A DNA stretch of 62,703 nt, counting the filler. It is 6 parts of 6 records of this genome, joined end to end, with 100 filler letters (N's around TTAATTAATTAA, not from the genome) between each part and the next. Parts side by side here need not be neighbours in the genome. Positions count along the whole stretch, not along the records: positions 46,639 to 56,754 come from SRR20825019_197; positions 56,855 to 62,703 come from SRR20825019_216; 4 more parts are not named here. The stretch is one strand, 5' to 3'. The position numbers and the translations under genes are program-made. The notes under the pieces were generated by a model. It worked only from the letters and a program-made list of their open reading frames with translations. It made no database searches and was not told the origin of the DNA. Below are positions 54,151-62,703 of the stretch, one piece after another (position 1 is the first letter of the stretch; every line of letters begins with the position of its first letter).

Positions 54151-55215
54151 TTAAAACATGTCGCTTGGATCGAAGTGGACGATGACTTCGGACCAGGTAT
54201 CGTATTTTGCCGCCGGCAGATTGTAAGGCGCACACTGCAAAACGGCACGCCTCGCGGACTCCGCCGCGGCGCGTTCCACCATGGTCCCGTTACCGCCAGC
54301 AATAATGCGCGGACTGCCCTCGATGTTCCCGCTCGGATCAAGTTTCATCTGGACGGAAACTTTGAGGTTTTCCGCATCCAGCGCACCTGCGGGCACATTC
54401 CAGCAGCGCTGGATCTGGCCACGCAGCGCATCCATTTCGCTCTGTGAAAGCTTCTCGCCCGGTGTGCTACGGCTGCCGCCGAGAGACGCCTGTTCCTGCG
54501 AGCGCTTTGCACCGCCACCAGACGCCTTGTCCTTGTTCAGGAGCGCGGCCACCTCATCGAAAAGCTCGTCGGAATTCTGCGATTTCGGCTTCGAAGCGGT
54601 TTTCTGCGCCGGCTTGTCCGCGTCCTTCCGCTCAGGTGCCTTGGCCGTGCTCGCCTTGGGTGGCTGGGGACGCGACTGCGGCACAGGCGCGCTATTGGGC
54701 AGCGCAACGCTCTCGGTCGCTTCGGGTGCTTCCGCCACCACTGCCTCTTCAGGCGCCGGGTCCGGCTTCACCTCCTGCTTGGGCTGTGGCTCCGGCCGCA
54801 CTTCCGTCGCAGGCACCGGCGTTGGCTCGGCTGCCGCCTGCTGCTGCTCGGGTTCGGGCTTCGGTTCCGGCTTGGGGGTGGGTTTGGGCGCCGGCGGCGG
54901 CTCCGCCGTCTTCTCCACCTCACGGTTGCGCGGTTCAGGCGTCGGCGGCGTTTTAAGGTCGACATCATTGTCGCCTGTGTTCTGCGCGTTCTCCACCGGA
55001 TCCGGACGCTTGGTCGGTGTCGGTGCCGGCTTCTCGGAAAGCTCCGCCTTCTTGTCGCCTTCCTGCACCTGCGTCATCGATTCAATCGGAATGATGTCGA
55101 CAGGCAGCGCTTCGACATCCGCCACCTCGAAGGCGCGCGGCGCCGACAGCGAGAACAGGCCGAAGCCCAGCAACGCAGCATGCATGGTCACCGATGTAAC
55201 GAGACCCGCCTTCAT
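54151..55215 (-). CDS. tolA: TolA-like envelope integrity protein
   Basis: S-x3-H TM (SVTMHAALL), Pro/Glu-rich linker, IQRCWNVP..RAVLQCAPY..FDP C-domain; lies between tolR and tolB. Confidence 0.9.
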   Translation of the reverse strand: MKAGLVTSVTMHAALLGFGLFSLSAPRAFEVADVEALPVDIIPIESMTQVQEGDKKAELSEKPAPTPTKRPDPVENAQNTGDNDVDLKTPPTPEPRNREVEKTAEPPPAPKPTPKPEPKPEPEQQQAAAEPTPVPATEVRPEPQPKQEVKPDPAPEEAVVAEAPEATESVALPNSAPVPQSRPQPPKASTAKAPERKDADKPAQKTASKPKSQNSDELFDEVAALLNKDKASGGGAKRSQEQASLGGSRSTPGEKLSQSEMDALRGQIQRCWNVPAGALDAENLKVSVQMKLDPSGNIEGSPRIIAGGNGTMVERAAAESARRAVLQCAPYNLPAAKYDTWSEVIVHFDPSDMF

Positions 55216-55219
55216 TCGG

Positions 55220-55675
55220 TCAATTGCCTTCTTCCTGCAGAGTGACCAGGCCGAGATTGCGATATCCAGCCGCCGAAATGCGTGCCATCACCCGCATCAC
55301 AGTGCCGTAATCGGCCGCGCGGTCACCGCGCACATAGATTCGCTCGTCATAGCCCGAGCGCGCTATCGCCTGCAGCTTCGGCACCACTTCTTCAATCGGC
55401 ACCTCGGTTTCCTGGAGGTAGATCTGGCCCTCATTGTTGACCGAAACCGTGATCGGCTGCGTCTCGGAGTTCAGTGCCTTGGCCTGCGTTTCGGGAAGAT
55501 CGATCGGCACGCCGACCGTCAAAAGCGGCGCCGCCACCATGAAGATGATGAGCAGCACCAGCATCACGTCCACGAAAGGCGTCACGTTGATCTCCGAGAT
55601 CAGCCCCGTGCGAGAGCCACGGCGGCCACGCCGCCGTCCGCTTCTTCCGCCCGCCGAACCGACTGACATACCCAT
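55220..55675 (-). CDS. tolR: TolR
   Basis: EINVTPFVDVMLVLLIIFMVAAP motif. Confidence 0.96.
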   Translation of the reverse strand: MGMSVGSAGGRSGRRRGRRGSRTGLISEINVTPFVDVMLVLLIIFMVAAPLLTVGVPIDLPETQAKALNSETQPITVSVNNEGQIYLQETEVPIEEVVPKLQAIARSGYDERIYVRGDRAADYGTVMRVMARISAAGYRNLGLVTLQEEGN

Positions 55676-55684
55676 TGCGTTCTC

Positions 55685-56398
55685 CTAAGCCGCCTTGGCG
55701 GCGACCTTCTCGTCGATCTGGCGCGACAGAATGGTCGAAAATTCGTCCGCAAAGCCTTCCATCCGACCAGCGAGCTTGCTCGCGTCGGATGACAGCTTGT
55801 TGTAGGCGATAACCGCGGGAATGGCGGCCAGAAGGCCGATGGCCGTGGCCAGAAGCGCCTCTGCGATACCAGGCGCCACAACGGCAAGATTGGTGGACTT
55901 GGAACCGGCGATCGCCTGGAACGAGGTCATAATGCCAACCACCGTGCCGAACAGGCCAATGAACGGGGCAGCCGAGCCGATGGAGGCAAGAAAGCCGAGC
56001 CGGCTCTCAAGCCGCTCCATTTCGCGCGTCAAAGCCAGATCCATTGCCCTGTCGATGCGTGTCTGCAAACCAATGGGCGAGCGCGCACCTTTCTCAAAAC
56101 TCTTTTTCCATTCCCGCATGGCGGCGACAAAGATCGAGCCCATACCGGTGGTCTTGCGCTCGGAAAGCGCACGATAGAGTTCCTCGAGCGACTGGCCCGA
56201 CCAGAAGGTCTTCTCGAAACGATTGAGAGCCGTGCGCATACGAGCGTAGGCGATCAGCTTGTCAACGATGATCGCCCAGGTCCAGACCGATGCGACAAGC
56301 AGACCGATCATGACCAGCTTGACCACCCAGCCTGCCTGCCAGAACAGAGCCCAGATCGACAACTCCCCACCCGGTGCGGCGAGCGTAACACTTTCCAT
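55685..56398 (-). CDS. tolQ: TolQ
   Basis: FEKTFWSG, APFIGLFGTVVGIM, VAPGIAEALLATAIGL. Confidence 0.96.
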   Translation of the reverse strand: MESVTLAAPGGELSIWALFWQAGWVVKLVMIGLLVASVWTWAIIVDKLIAYARMRTALNRFEKTFWSGQSLEELYRALSERKTTGMGSIFVAAMREWKKSFEKGARSPIGLQTRIDRAMDLALTREMERLESRLGFLASIGSAAPFIGLFGTVVGIMTSFQAIAGSKSTNLAVVAPGIAEALLATAIGLLAAIPAVIAYNKLSSDASKLAGRMEGFADEFSTILSRQIDEKVAAKAA

Positions 56399-56593
56399 GG
56401 ATCAACATCCTCTTAAGATCAGGGCGGCGTACATCTCGGTCTCGGCCGCGCCCCTGCTTGCGTGCCGTTGCCTGCGTCCGATCCGAGGCGTCCCCGCAAG
56501 ATGCTTCAACGCCCCTTTATCCGGTAAATTTTGGTGAAAGGAAGGCGCACGGATTCGCTACGGATTTCATGGTTTTCTTCATGAACCGTTATG

Positions 56594-56609
56594 GTTAATT
56601 AAGCGTTAG
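56594..56609 (-). promoter_or_regulatory. Candidate CtrA box upstream of tolQ
   Basis: Minus strand CTAA-N7-TTAAC, one mismatch to consensus. Confidence 0.55.
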
Positions 56610-56754
56610 AAAATACGGCTGCGATCAGGTATTCGGTGCATGCAACAGTGGCAGTTGAAATAAAAGCCTTGCCGATATGCTCCACCACTGCGACCCAATA
56701 TCACAAAATTTGTCTCACGTGCCCTTTGGTTTGAAGGCTGCGATCCACTCTTTC

Positions 56755-56854
56755 NNNNNNNNNNNNNNNNNNNNNNNNNNNNNNNNNNNNNNNNNNNNTT
56801 AATTAATTAANNNNNNNNNNNNNNNNNNNNNNNNNNNNNNNNNNNNNNNNNNNN
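56755..56854. other. Synthetic contig spacer
   Basis: Same linker. Confidence 0.99.
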
Positions 56855-58273
56855 TCTTTAAATGAAATGATTGCACACGGATTAGGAGATTTACAGGCAG
56901 TTTCTGCTTTGGCATTGAAGGCTGGTTTAGATATGGATATGGTTGGAGAAGGATTTCTATCGACTTTAAAAAAATCTTTATCAGAAGGAAAAGTTACCGA
57001 AGCTGATATAACAAATGCTTGTAGAAGAGTTTTAGAAGCTAAACATAAGTTAGGATTATTTGATAATCCATATCGTTACATTGATGATAGTCGCCCTGCA
57101 AAAGATATTCTTACGAAAGAGAATAGAGACGTAGCTCGACAAGCAGCAACACATTCGTTTGTTTTATTAAAAAATGAAAATAATGTGTTACCTCTTAAAA
57201 AGGCAACAAAAATTGCTTTAGTTGGACCATTAGCAGATAGCAGAAATAATATGCTTGGAACATGGGCACCAACGGGAGATGTTAAAAATGCAATAACTAT
57301 TTTAGAAGGATTTAAAAATGTAGCTCCAAATGCAACCATAACATATGCAAAAGGGAGTAATATTTTAAATGATGCTGAAATGGCTAAAAAGATAAATGTT
57401 TTTGGTCCTCGTGTTGAAATAAGTAAAGAGTCTTCAGAAGCTTTATTAAATGAAGCTTTAGCTGCAGCCAAAAAATCGGATGTTGTAGTAGCCGTAGTTG
57501 GAGAAGCAACAGAAATGAGTGGAGAAGCAGCAAGTAGAACAGATATTACAATTCCAGATACTCAGAAAAAATTAATAAAAGCACTAGTTGAAACTGGAAA
57601 ACCTATTGTATTAGTTTTAATGAGTGGAAGACCATTAGCAATTCCAGAAGAATTTAATTTACCAGTGAGCATATTACAAGTATGGCATCCAGGAGTAGAA
57701 GCAGGGAATGCAGTTGCAGATGTAGTTTTTGGAAATTATAATCCATCAGGAAAATTAACTGCTACATGGCCTCGTTCTGTTGGACAAATTCCTGTTTACC
57801 ATAGCATGAAAAATACCGGAAGACCAGCTCCAGCTTCTGAAGAGTTTCAAAAGTTTAAATCGAATTATTTAGATGAGAAAAATTCTCCTTTATTTCCTTT
57901 TGGATATGGATTGAGTTATACTTCTTTTGAATATGCTGATTTAAAAATTAATAAGGATAAAATTTCTCAGGGAGAGGCAGTAGAAGTATCTGTTACTTTA
58001 AAGAATACTGGGAATTTCGATGGGGAAGAAGTTGTACAATTATACTTACATGACGTGGTGAGAAGTATTACACCTCCTAATCGCGAATTAAAAGGATTTA
58101 AAAAGGTATTTTTAAAGAAAAACGAAAGTAAAGAGGTAACAATTACTTTACAGCCTGAAGATTTGAAATTTTATAATTCTGATTTAGAATTTGTTGCAGA
58201 ACCAGGAGCTTTTGAAGTTTTTGTAGGTGGAGATTCTAATGCAAGCTTGAAAAAAGAATTTATTTTAGAATAA
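56855..58273 (+). CDS. bglX: GH3 beta-glucosidase BglX, 5' truncated
   Basis: AGLDMDM, VLLKNE..LPL, MSGEAASR, NPSGKL, FPFGYGLSYT, Fn3-like EVVQLY..ELKGF. Confidence 0.95.
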   Translation, partial: SLNEMIAHGLGDLQAVSALALKAGLDMDMVGEGFLSTLKKSLSEGKVTEADITNACRRVLEAKHKLGLFDNPYRYIDDSRPAKDILTKENRDVARQAATHSFVLLKNENNVLPLKKATKIALVGPLADSRNNMLGTWAPTGDVKNAITILEGFKNVAPNATITYAKGSNILNDAEMAKKINVFGPRVEISKESSEALLNEALAAAKKSDVVVAVVGEATEMSGEAASRTDITIPDTQKKLIKALVETGKPIVLVLMSGRPLAIPEEFNLPVSILQVWHPGVEAGNAVADVVFGNYNPSGKLTATWPRSVGQIPVYHSMKNTGRPAPASEEFQKFKSNYLDEKNSPLFPFGYGLSYTSFEYADLKINKDKISQGEAVEVSVTLKNTGNFDGEEVVQLYLHDVVRSITPPNRELKGFKKVFLKKNESKEVTITLQPEDLKFYNSDLEFVAEPGAFEVFVGGDSNASLKKEFILE

Positions 58274-58286
58274 AAAAGAATTTATA

Positions 58287-59171
58287 ATGAAGAAAACATA
58301 CGTTTTATTTTTAGTAGGATTTTTATTTGTGACTATGCAAATAAAAGCTCAAGAACGTTTTAAAGACGTTGTTTTTAATACGGTGAAGTCAGAAACTTTT
58401 ACGTATTCAGATACGCTTCAATTAGATTTTTACAGTTCAAAACAGGATATGTTAGCAAAAAAACCGCTACTTATATTAGTACATGGTGGCGGTTTTTCTT
58501 CTGGAAAAAGAGACAATCCAATGGAGAAAGAGTTTTGTAGAGAGATGGCAAAAAGAGGGTACGCTGTGGCTTCTATGAGTTATCATCTTACCAGAAAAGG
58601 AAAATCTTTTGGGTGTGATTATTCTTCAGAAGGGAAAATAGAAACCTTTGATTCGGTAACTAATGATATTCTTGACGCTACTGATTTTTTAATTCAGAAG
58701 TCAAAAAATCTAAAGTTTGATCCAAGTCAGATTGTATTAGTAGGAAGTAGCGCGGGAGCAGAAGCTGTTTTAAATACAGTCTATATGCCTAATAGTTCAA
58801 AAATTAAGTATGCTGGAGTTGTTTCTTTTGCGGGAGCGCTTGTAAGTTTAGAGCATTTAACCAAGGAGACTGCTATTCCTTCGGTTTTTTTCCACGGAAA
58901 GAAAGACAATTTAGTTCCTTATTACATAGCACCACATCATTATTGTAAACCTAATCAGCCTGGTTTTTTAACGCTATTTGGAGCTAAAGCAATTACAGAA
59001 AAACTTCAAAAATTAGGAGCTTCGTATTTGTTGGCAACAGATCCTGAGGGAAATCATGATTGGGCAAATTTAGCTTACAAATTCACCGATGAAATAGCAG
59101 ATTTTATATCGAATGCAATAATTCATAAAGAGCAAATTACATATAATCTTCAATTAGCATCTAAAAAATGA
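58287..59171 (+). CDS. Secreted alpha/beta-hydrolase carboxylesterase
   Basis: Signal peptide, HGGGF oxyanion motif, GSSAG nucleophile elbow, HGKKD, GNH. Confidence 0.92.
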   Translation: MKKTYVLFLVGFLFVTMQIKAQERFKDVVFNTVKSETFTYSDTLQLDFYSSKQDMLAKKPLLILVHGGGFSSGKRDNPMEKEFCREMAKRGYAVASMSYHLTRKGKSFGCDYSSEGKIETFDSVTNDILDATDFLIQKSKNLKFDPSQIVLVGSSAGAEAVLNTVYMPNSSKIKYAGVVSFAGALVSLEHLTKETAIPSVFFHGKKDNLVPYYIAPHHYCKPNQPGFLTLFGAKAITEKLQKLGASYLLATDPEGNHDWANLAYKFTDEIADFISNAIIHKEQITYNLQLASKK

Positions 59172-60829
59172 AAAGCATATCTAAATTAATACCTTTTTTA
59201 ATTTTAGCTATTTTACTTACAAGCTGTAAGGAAAAAACTGATCAGGAAGAAAACAATTCGGAGGTTACATCAGGAGCAGAAAAGCCTAATATTTTATTTA
59301 TAATGGCAGATGATCATGCTTTTCAAGCTATTAGTGCTTATGGTTCTGAAATAAGTAAATTGGCTCCAACTCCAAATATTGATAGAATTGCTAAAAATGG
59401 CGCAATTTTTAATCATACCTACTGTACAAACTCTATTTGTGGTCCAAGTAGAGCGGTAATTTTAACTGGAAAACATAGTCATATTAACGGTTTCAGGCAA
59501 AATGGAGAGCGCTTTGATGGAGACCAGCCTACCCTCCCAAAAAAGCTACAAACGCTAGGATATCAAACGGCTTTGGTTGGGAAATGGCATTTGTATGGAT
59601 ATCCACAAGGGTTTGACTATTGGAATATAATAGACGACCAAGGGCATTATTACAACCCTGATTTTGTTAAAATGGGCGATTCTATACAAATAGAAGGCTA
59701 TGCAACAGATATTATAACAGAGGATGCGATAAGTTGGCTAGAAAATAAAAAAGTGGATAATAAGCCTTTCTTTATGATGTTGCATCATAAAGCACCGCAC
59801 AGAAATTGGATGCCACCTTTACGTTATTTAACGGTTTACGATTCGATAAAATTTCCTTTGCCCGATAGTTATTTTGATAAACATGAAAACCAAGTTGCTG
59901 CGCAACAGCAATTGCAAACTATCTATGACGATATGTATGAAGGGCATGATTTAAAGTTGAGTAAAAAGTTTGCTAGTACTGAATTGTCAAATAACCCATG
60001 GACAAACGATTTTGATAGGATGAATGCCGAACAAAGAAGAATTTGGGATGAAGCTTATCTGCCAAAAAATAATGCTTTTTGGGAAGCTAATCTCCACGGA
60101 AAGGCATTGGATGAATGGAAAGGACAACGTTACTTACACGATTATTTAGCAACGGTAAAAGCTGTTGATGATGGCGTTGGAAAAGTTTTAGATTACCTAG
60201 AAGAAAATGGATTGTCTGATAATACAATTGTTGTTTATACTTCGGATCAAGGGTTTTATTTGGGAGAAAAAGGTTTTTTTGATAAGCGATTTATGTATGA
60301 AGAATCGTTTAGAATGCCTTTTTTAATTCAGTATCCTAAAGCAATAAAACCAGGAACTGTGGTAGATGCTTTGACTCAGAATTTAGATTTTGCACAAACA
60401 TTTTTGGATTATGCGGGGGGGAATGATTTAACAGAAGGTATGCAAGGAAAATCTATAAAGCCTTTACTAGAAGGAACTGTTGAGGATGACGATTTTAGAG
60501 ATGCCATTTATTATCATTATTATGACTATCCAGCTTTTCATATGGTGAAAAAGCATTATGGAGTAAAAACAAAGCGTTATAAATTAATGCATTTTTATGA
60601 TGATATAGATACTTGGGAGTTTTACGATTTGGAAGAGGATCCAAATGAACTTCATAATGCCATTAATGACGAGGATTATGAGGAGGTAATAGCAAAATTA
60701 CATACTAGATTAAAAGAACTTCAAAAAGAGTACGGAGTTACAGAAAAAGAATTTGAGCAAGCATCAGAAAAGAAAATAGATAATAATTTCAAGAATTTTG
60801 ATAGAATGCGTGGCACTCCAATTGAATAA
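59168..60829 (+). CDS. Formylglycine-dependent (S1) sulfatase lipoprotein, resembling GlcNAc-6-sulfatases
   Basis: LTSC lipobox, PNILFIMADDH, CGPSRAVILTG (CxPxR), GKWHL, HKAPHRNW, SDQGFYLGE. Confidence 0.95.
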   Translation: MKSISKLIPFLILAILLTSCKEKTDQEENNSEVTSGAEKPNILFIMADDHAFQAISAYGSEISKLAPTPNIDRIAKNGAIFNHTYCTNSICGPSRAVILTGKHSHINGFRQNGERFDGDQPTLPKKLQTLGYQTALVGKWHLYGYPQGFDYWNIIDDQGHYYNPDFVKMGDSIQIEGYATDIITEDAISWLENKKVDNKPFFMMLHHKAPHRNWMPPLRYLTVYDSIKFPLPDSYFDKHENQVAAQQQLQTIYDDMYEGHDLKLSKKFASTELSNNPWTNDFDRMNAEQRRIWDEAYLPKNNAFWEANLHGKALDEWKGQRYLHDYLATVKAVDDGVGKVLDYLEENGLSDNTIVVYTSDQGFYLGEKGFFDKRFMYEESFRMPFLIQYPKAIKPGTVVDALTQNLDFAQTFLDYAGGNDLTEGMQGKSIKPLLEGTVEDDDFRDAIYYHYYDYPAFHMVKKHYGVKTKRYKLMHFYDDIDTWEFYDLEEDPNELHNAINDEDYEEVIAKLHTRLKELQKEYGVTEKEFEQASEKKIDNNFKNFDRMRGTPIE

Positions 60830-61019
60830 TTTATCACTCATAGCCTGTGCTGAGTTTCTGCATCAAATTGAATTGAAATTGTTTCCTTTGGATACTTAGT
60901 GGGTTCCCTCCAAGATAATTTAATGTTCCATTAAGGACCGAAATAAATTAATTTGTTTTCTTTGTGTATCTCTAGTACTGCCTAGAAAAAGTTAATATTA
61001 AGCTTTAATATAAATAAAA

Positions 61020-61852
61020 ATGAATAAAATTTTATCTGTTGTATTTTTTACTGTTTGTTCTTTGTTAAGTGCTCAGGATTTAAAAGTAATGACGTATAAT
61101 ATTAAATATGACAATCCTTCTGACACAGCCAATAATTGGCAAAGTCGTAAGGAATTTCTTATTTCTCAACTAAATTTTTATGCTCCTGATATTTTTGGAA
61201 CTCAAGAAGGACTTCACAACCAATTAGAAGACATTCAGAGGGAGTTGAAAAACTATAAATACATAGGAATTGGAAGAGATCAAGGAGATACAAAGGGAGA
61301 ATACTCTGCTATTTTTTATAATACAAAAAAGTATGAAGTTGAAAATGAAAGTACATTTTGGTTGTCTCCAACGCCAGAAAAGCCTTCTAAAGGATGGGAT
61401 GCTGCTTTAAATAGAATTTGTACGTATGCTACTTTTAAAGACAAGAAATCTGGGAAAGAATTCTTGGTTTTTAACACACATTTTGACCATGTAGGTAACG
61501 TTGCGCGACTTGAAAGTTCTAAGTTGATTTTGAAAAAAATGAAAGAATTAAATCCCAAAAATCTTCCAGTAGTTTTAACAGGAGATTTTAATTTAGACAG
61601 TACTTCGGAAGGAGTTGTTGCTATCAAAAAAGAAATGCTCGACAGTCATTTAGAAGCTGGTGAAAATGCTTTGGACCTGATGGAACTTTTAACGGATTTC
61701 ATTTTGAGAAACCTGTAAAAAATAAAATCGATTTTGTATTTATCTCAAAAAACGATTTTTCAGTTTTAAAAAGTGGAATTTTAAGCGATTCTAAAAATTT
61801 AAAATATCCTTCAGATCATTTTCCTGTAATAGCATATTTAGATTTTAAATAG
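61020..61852 (+). pseudogene. Secreted endonuclease/exonuclease/phosphatase (EEP) family gene with a single-base frameshift near 61670 (may be a sequencing error)
   Basis: MTYNI, GTQE, NTHFDH and GDFN lie in the first frame; GPDGTFNGF..KIDFVF..SDHFPV-TAG continues in another frame. Confidence 0.8.
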
Positions 61853-61883
61853 GATTAAGAAAATCATATTTAAAGAGGAATCA

Positions 61884-62678
61884 TTATTTTTTCACTTTAA
61901 AAGAACCTGTGGTAGCATCAAAAGATATTAAATCTTCAGGAAAAAGATTTTGAAAACTTCCTCTTTCAATAAGTTGGCAAGGTTCTCCAAATGTAGATTT
62001 CTGAGTATCTAATATGAGCATTTTATCACATAATTGAATAGCCAATTCTATTTCATGTGTAGAAAATAGAATGGCTTTTCTTGTTTTTTGAGCTATGGTT
62101 TTTAGGAGTTTTAGAATATATGCTTTGTGGTAAATATCTAAGTGAGTAGTAGGTTCATCTAAAATAATAATAGAGGTATCTTGCGCCAAAGCTCTCGCTA
62201 TCATTACACGTTGTAATTGTCCGTCGCTTAATTCAAAACACTTTTTATGTTTTAAATGTTCAAGTCCCACAAGACTAACTACTTCTTTTACTTTTTCTTG
62301 ATCGGTTTGAGAGAGAATCCCAATCCAATTTGTATAGGGCTGTCTTCCTAAGGCAATAACTTCTAGAACGCTTAAATTTTTAGCAGGAATATGTTCGGTT
62401 AAAACAATACTTATTTCCTTTGCTAATTGAATTTCTGTATAGCTGCTAATCGGTTTATTTTTTAACAAAATTTCACCCGAAAGTTTAGGTTGAACTTTTG
62501 CTAAAGTTCGCAATAAGGTAGATTTTCCAATTCCATTTGCACCAACAATTGCAGTAAGTTCTCCAGAACACAATTGAAAATTAATGTTTTTAGCAATAGT
62601 ATAAGTTTGGTTTCTTGAGGCATAACCAACCTCAAGACTCTTTGCGTGTATGACGATATTTGGATTTAAATAATTGAT
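61884..62678 (-). CDS. Iron-complex ABC transporter ATPase (FecE/FepC-like); start codon uncertain
   Basis: GANGIGKST, LSDGQLQR, ILDEPT, STH; the frame stays open upstream to 62690. Confidence 0.92.
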   Translation of the reverse strand: MNYLNPNIVIHAKSLEVGYASRNQTYTIAKNINFQLCSGELTAIVGANGIGKSTLLRTLAKVQPKLSGEILLKNKPISSYTEIQLAKEISIVLTEHIPAKNLSVLEVIALGRQPYTNWIGILSQTDQEKVKEVVSLVGLEHLKHKKCFELSDGQLQRVMIARALAQDTSIIILDEPTTHLDIYHKAYILKLLKTIAQKTRKAILFSTHEIELAIQLCDKMLILDTQKSTFGEPCQLIERGSFQNLFPEDLISFDATTGSFKVKK

Positions 62679-62703
62679 TGTCTTGTATGATTATATATAA
62701 AAA

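Noticed and set aside
6565..56398. TonB-ExbBD and Tol-Pal as one combined system, or bacterial genes inserted in a eukaryote
   Set aside because: They lie on different contigs separated by artificial spacers.
60830..61019. Small RNA or gene remnant between the sulfatase and EEP genes
   Set aside because: No convincing hairpin, ORF or recognisable motif.
1..62703. CRISPR arrays, tRNA/rRNA genes, transposases, integrases or retroelements
   Set aside because: No regularly spaced repeats, RNA-gene signatures or mobile-element protein motifs were seen by eye; a covariance-model scan would be needed to exclude small RNAs.

Overview
This window is not one locus. It is six unrelated contigs joined by 100-bp synthetic spacers (44 N + TTAATTAATTAA + 44 N), so no linkage can be inferred across the spacers. 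(1) 1-5990: eukaryote, possibly a euglenozoan. It has a ~4.9-kb intronless minus-strand ORF that the ORF track missed because it runs off the window; it encodes a PP2A B'' (PR72-type) regulatory subunit with very large low-complexity expansions. (2) 6091-13795: Rhodobacteraceae-type heme uptake locus (TonB-dependent receptor, unknown secreted protein, exbB-exbD-exbD-tonB, cyclase; divergent hmuS-hmuT-hmuU). (3) 13896-31457: intron-rich protist contig (SARNP/Tho1, ASK21-like SKP1, signal-peptide inositol 5-phosphatase, golgin-84, NFXL1, TKL kinase). (4) 31558-46538: intron-poor contig, probably from the same protist. It carries a giant Cys-rich/multi-TM protein and three consecutive signal-peptide genes: a BBE/AA7-like FAD oxidase, a protein with an MLKL-like four-helix region, and a PRTase-like protein. 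(5) 46639-56754: Rhizobiales hutH-hutI / hutF-hutC, rpe and tolQRAB-pal. (6) 56855-62703: Flavobacteriaceae PUL tail (GH3, esterase, sulfatase, frameshifted EEP) and an iron ABC ATPase. The bacterial contigs are mostly known systems. The best novelty candidates are the protist's secreted versions of normally cytosolic domains (a possible effector island) and its extreme-GC promoter-island architecture. All domain calls come from motif recognition by eye; no searches were run.
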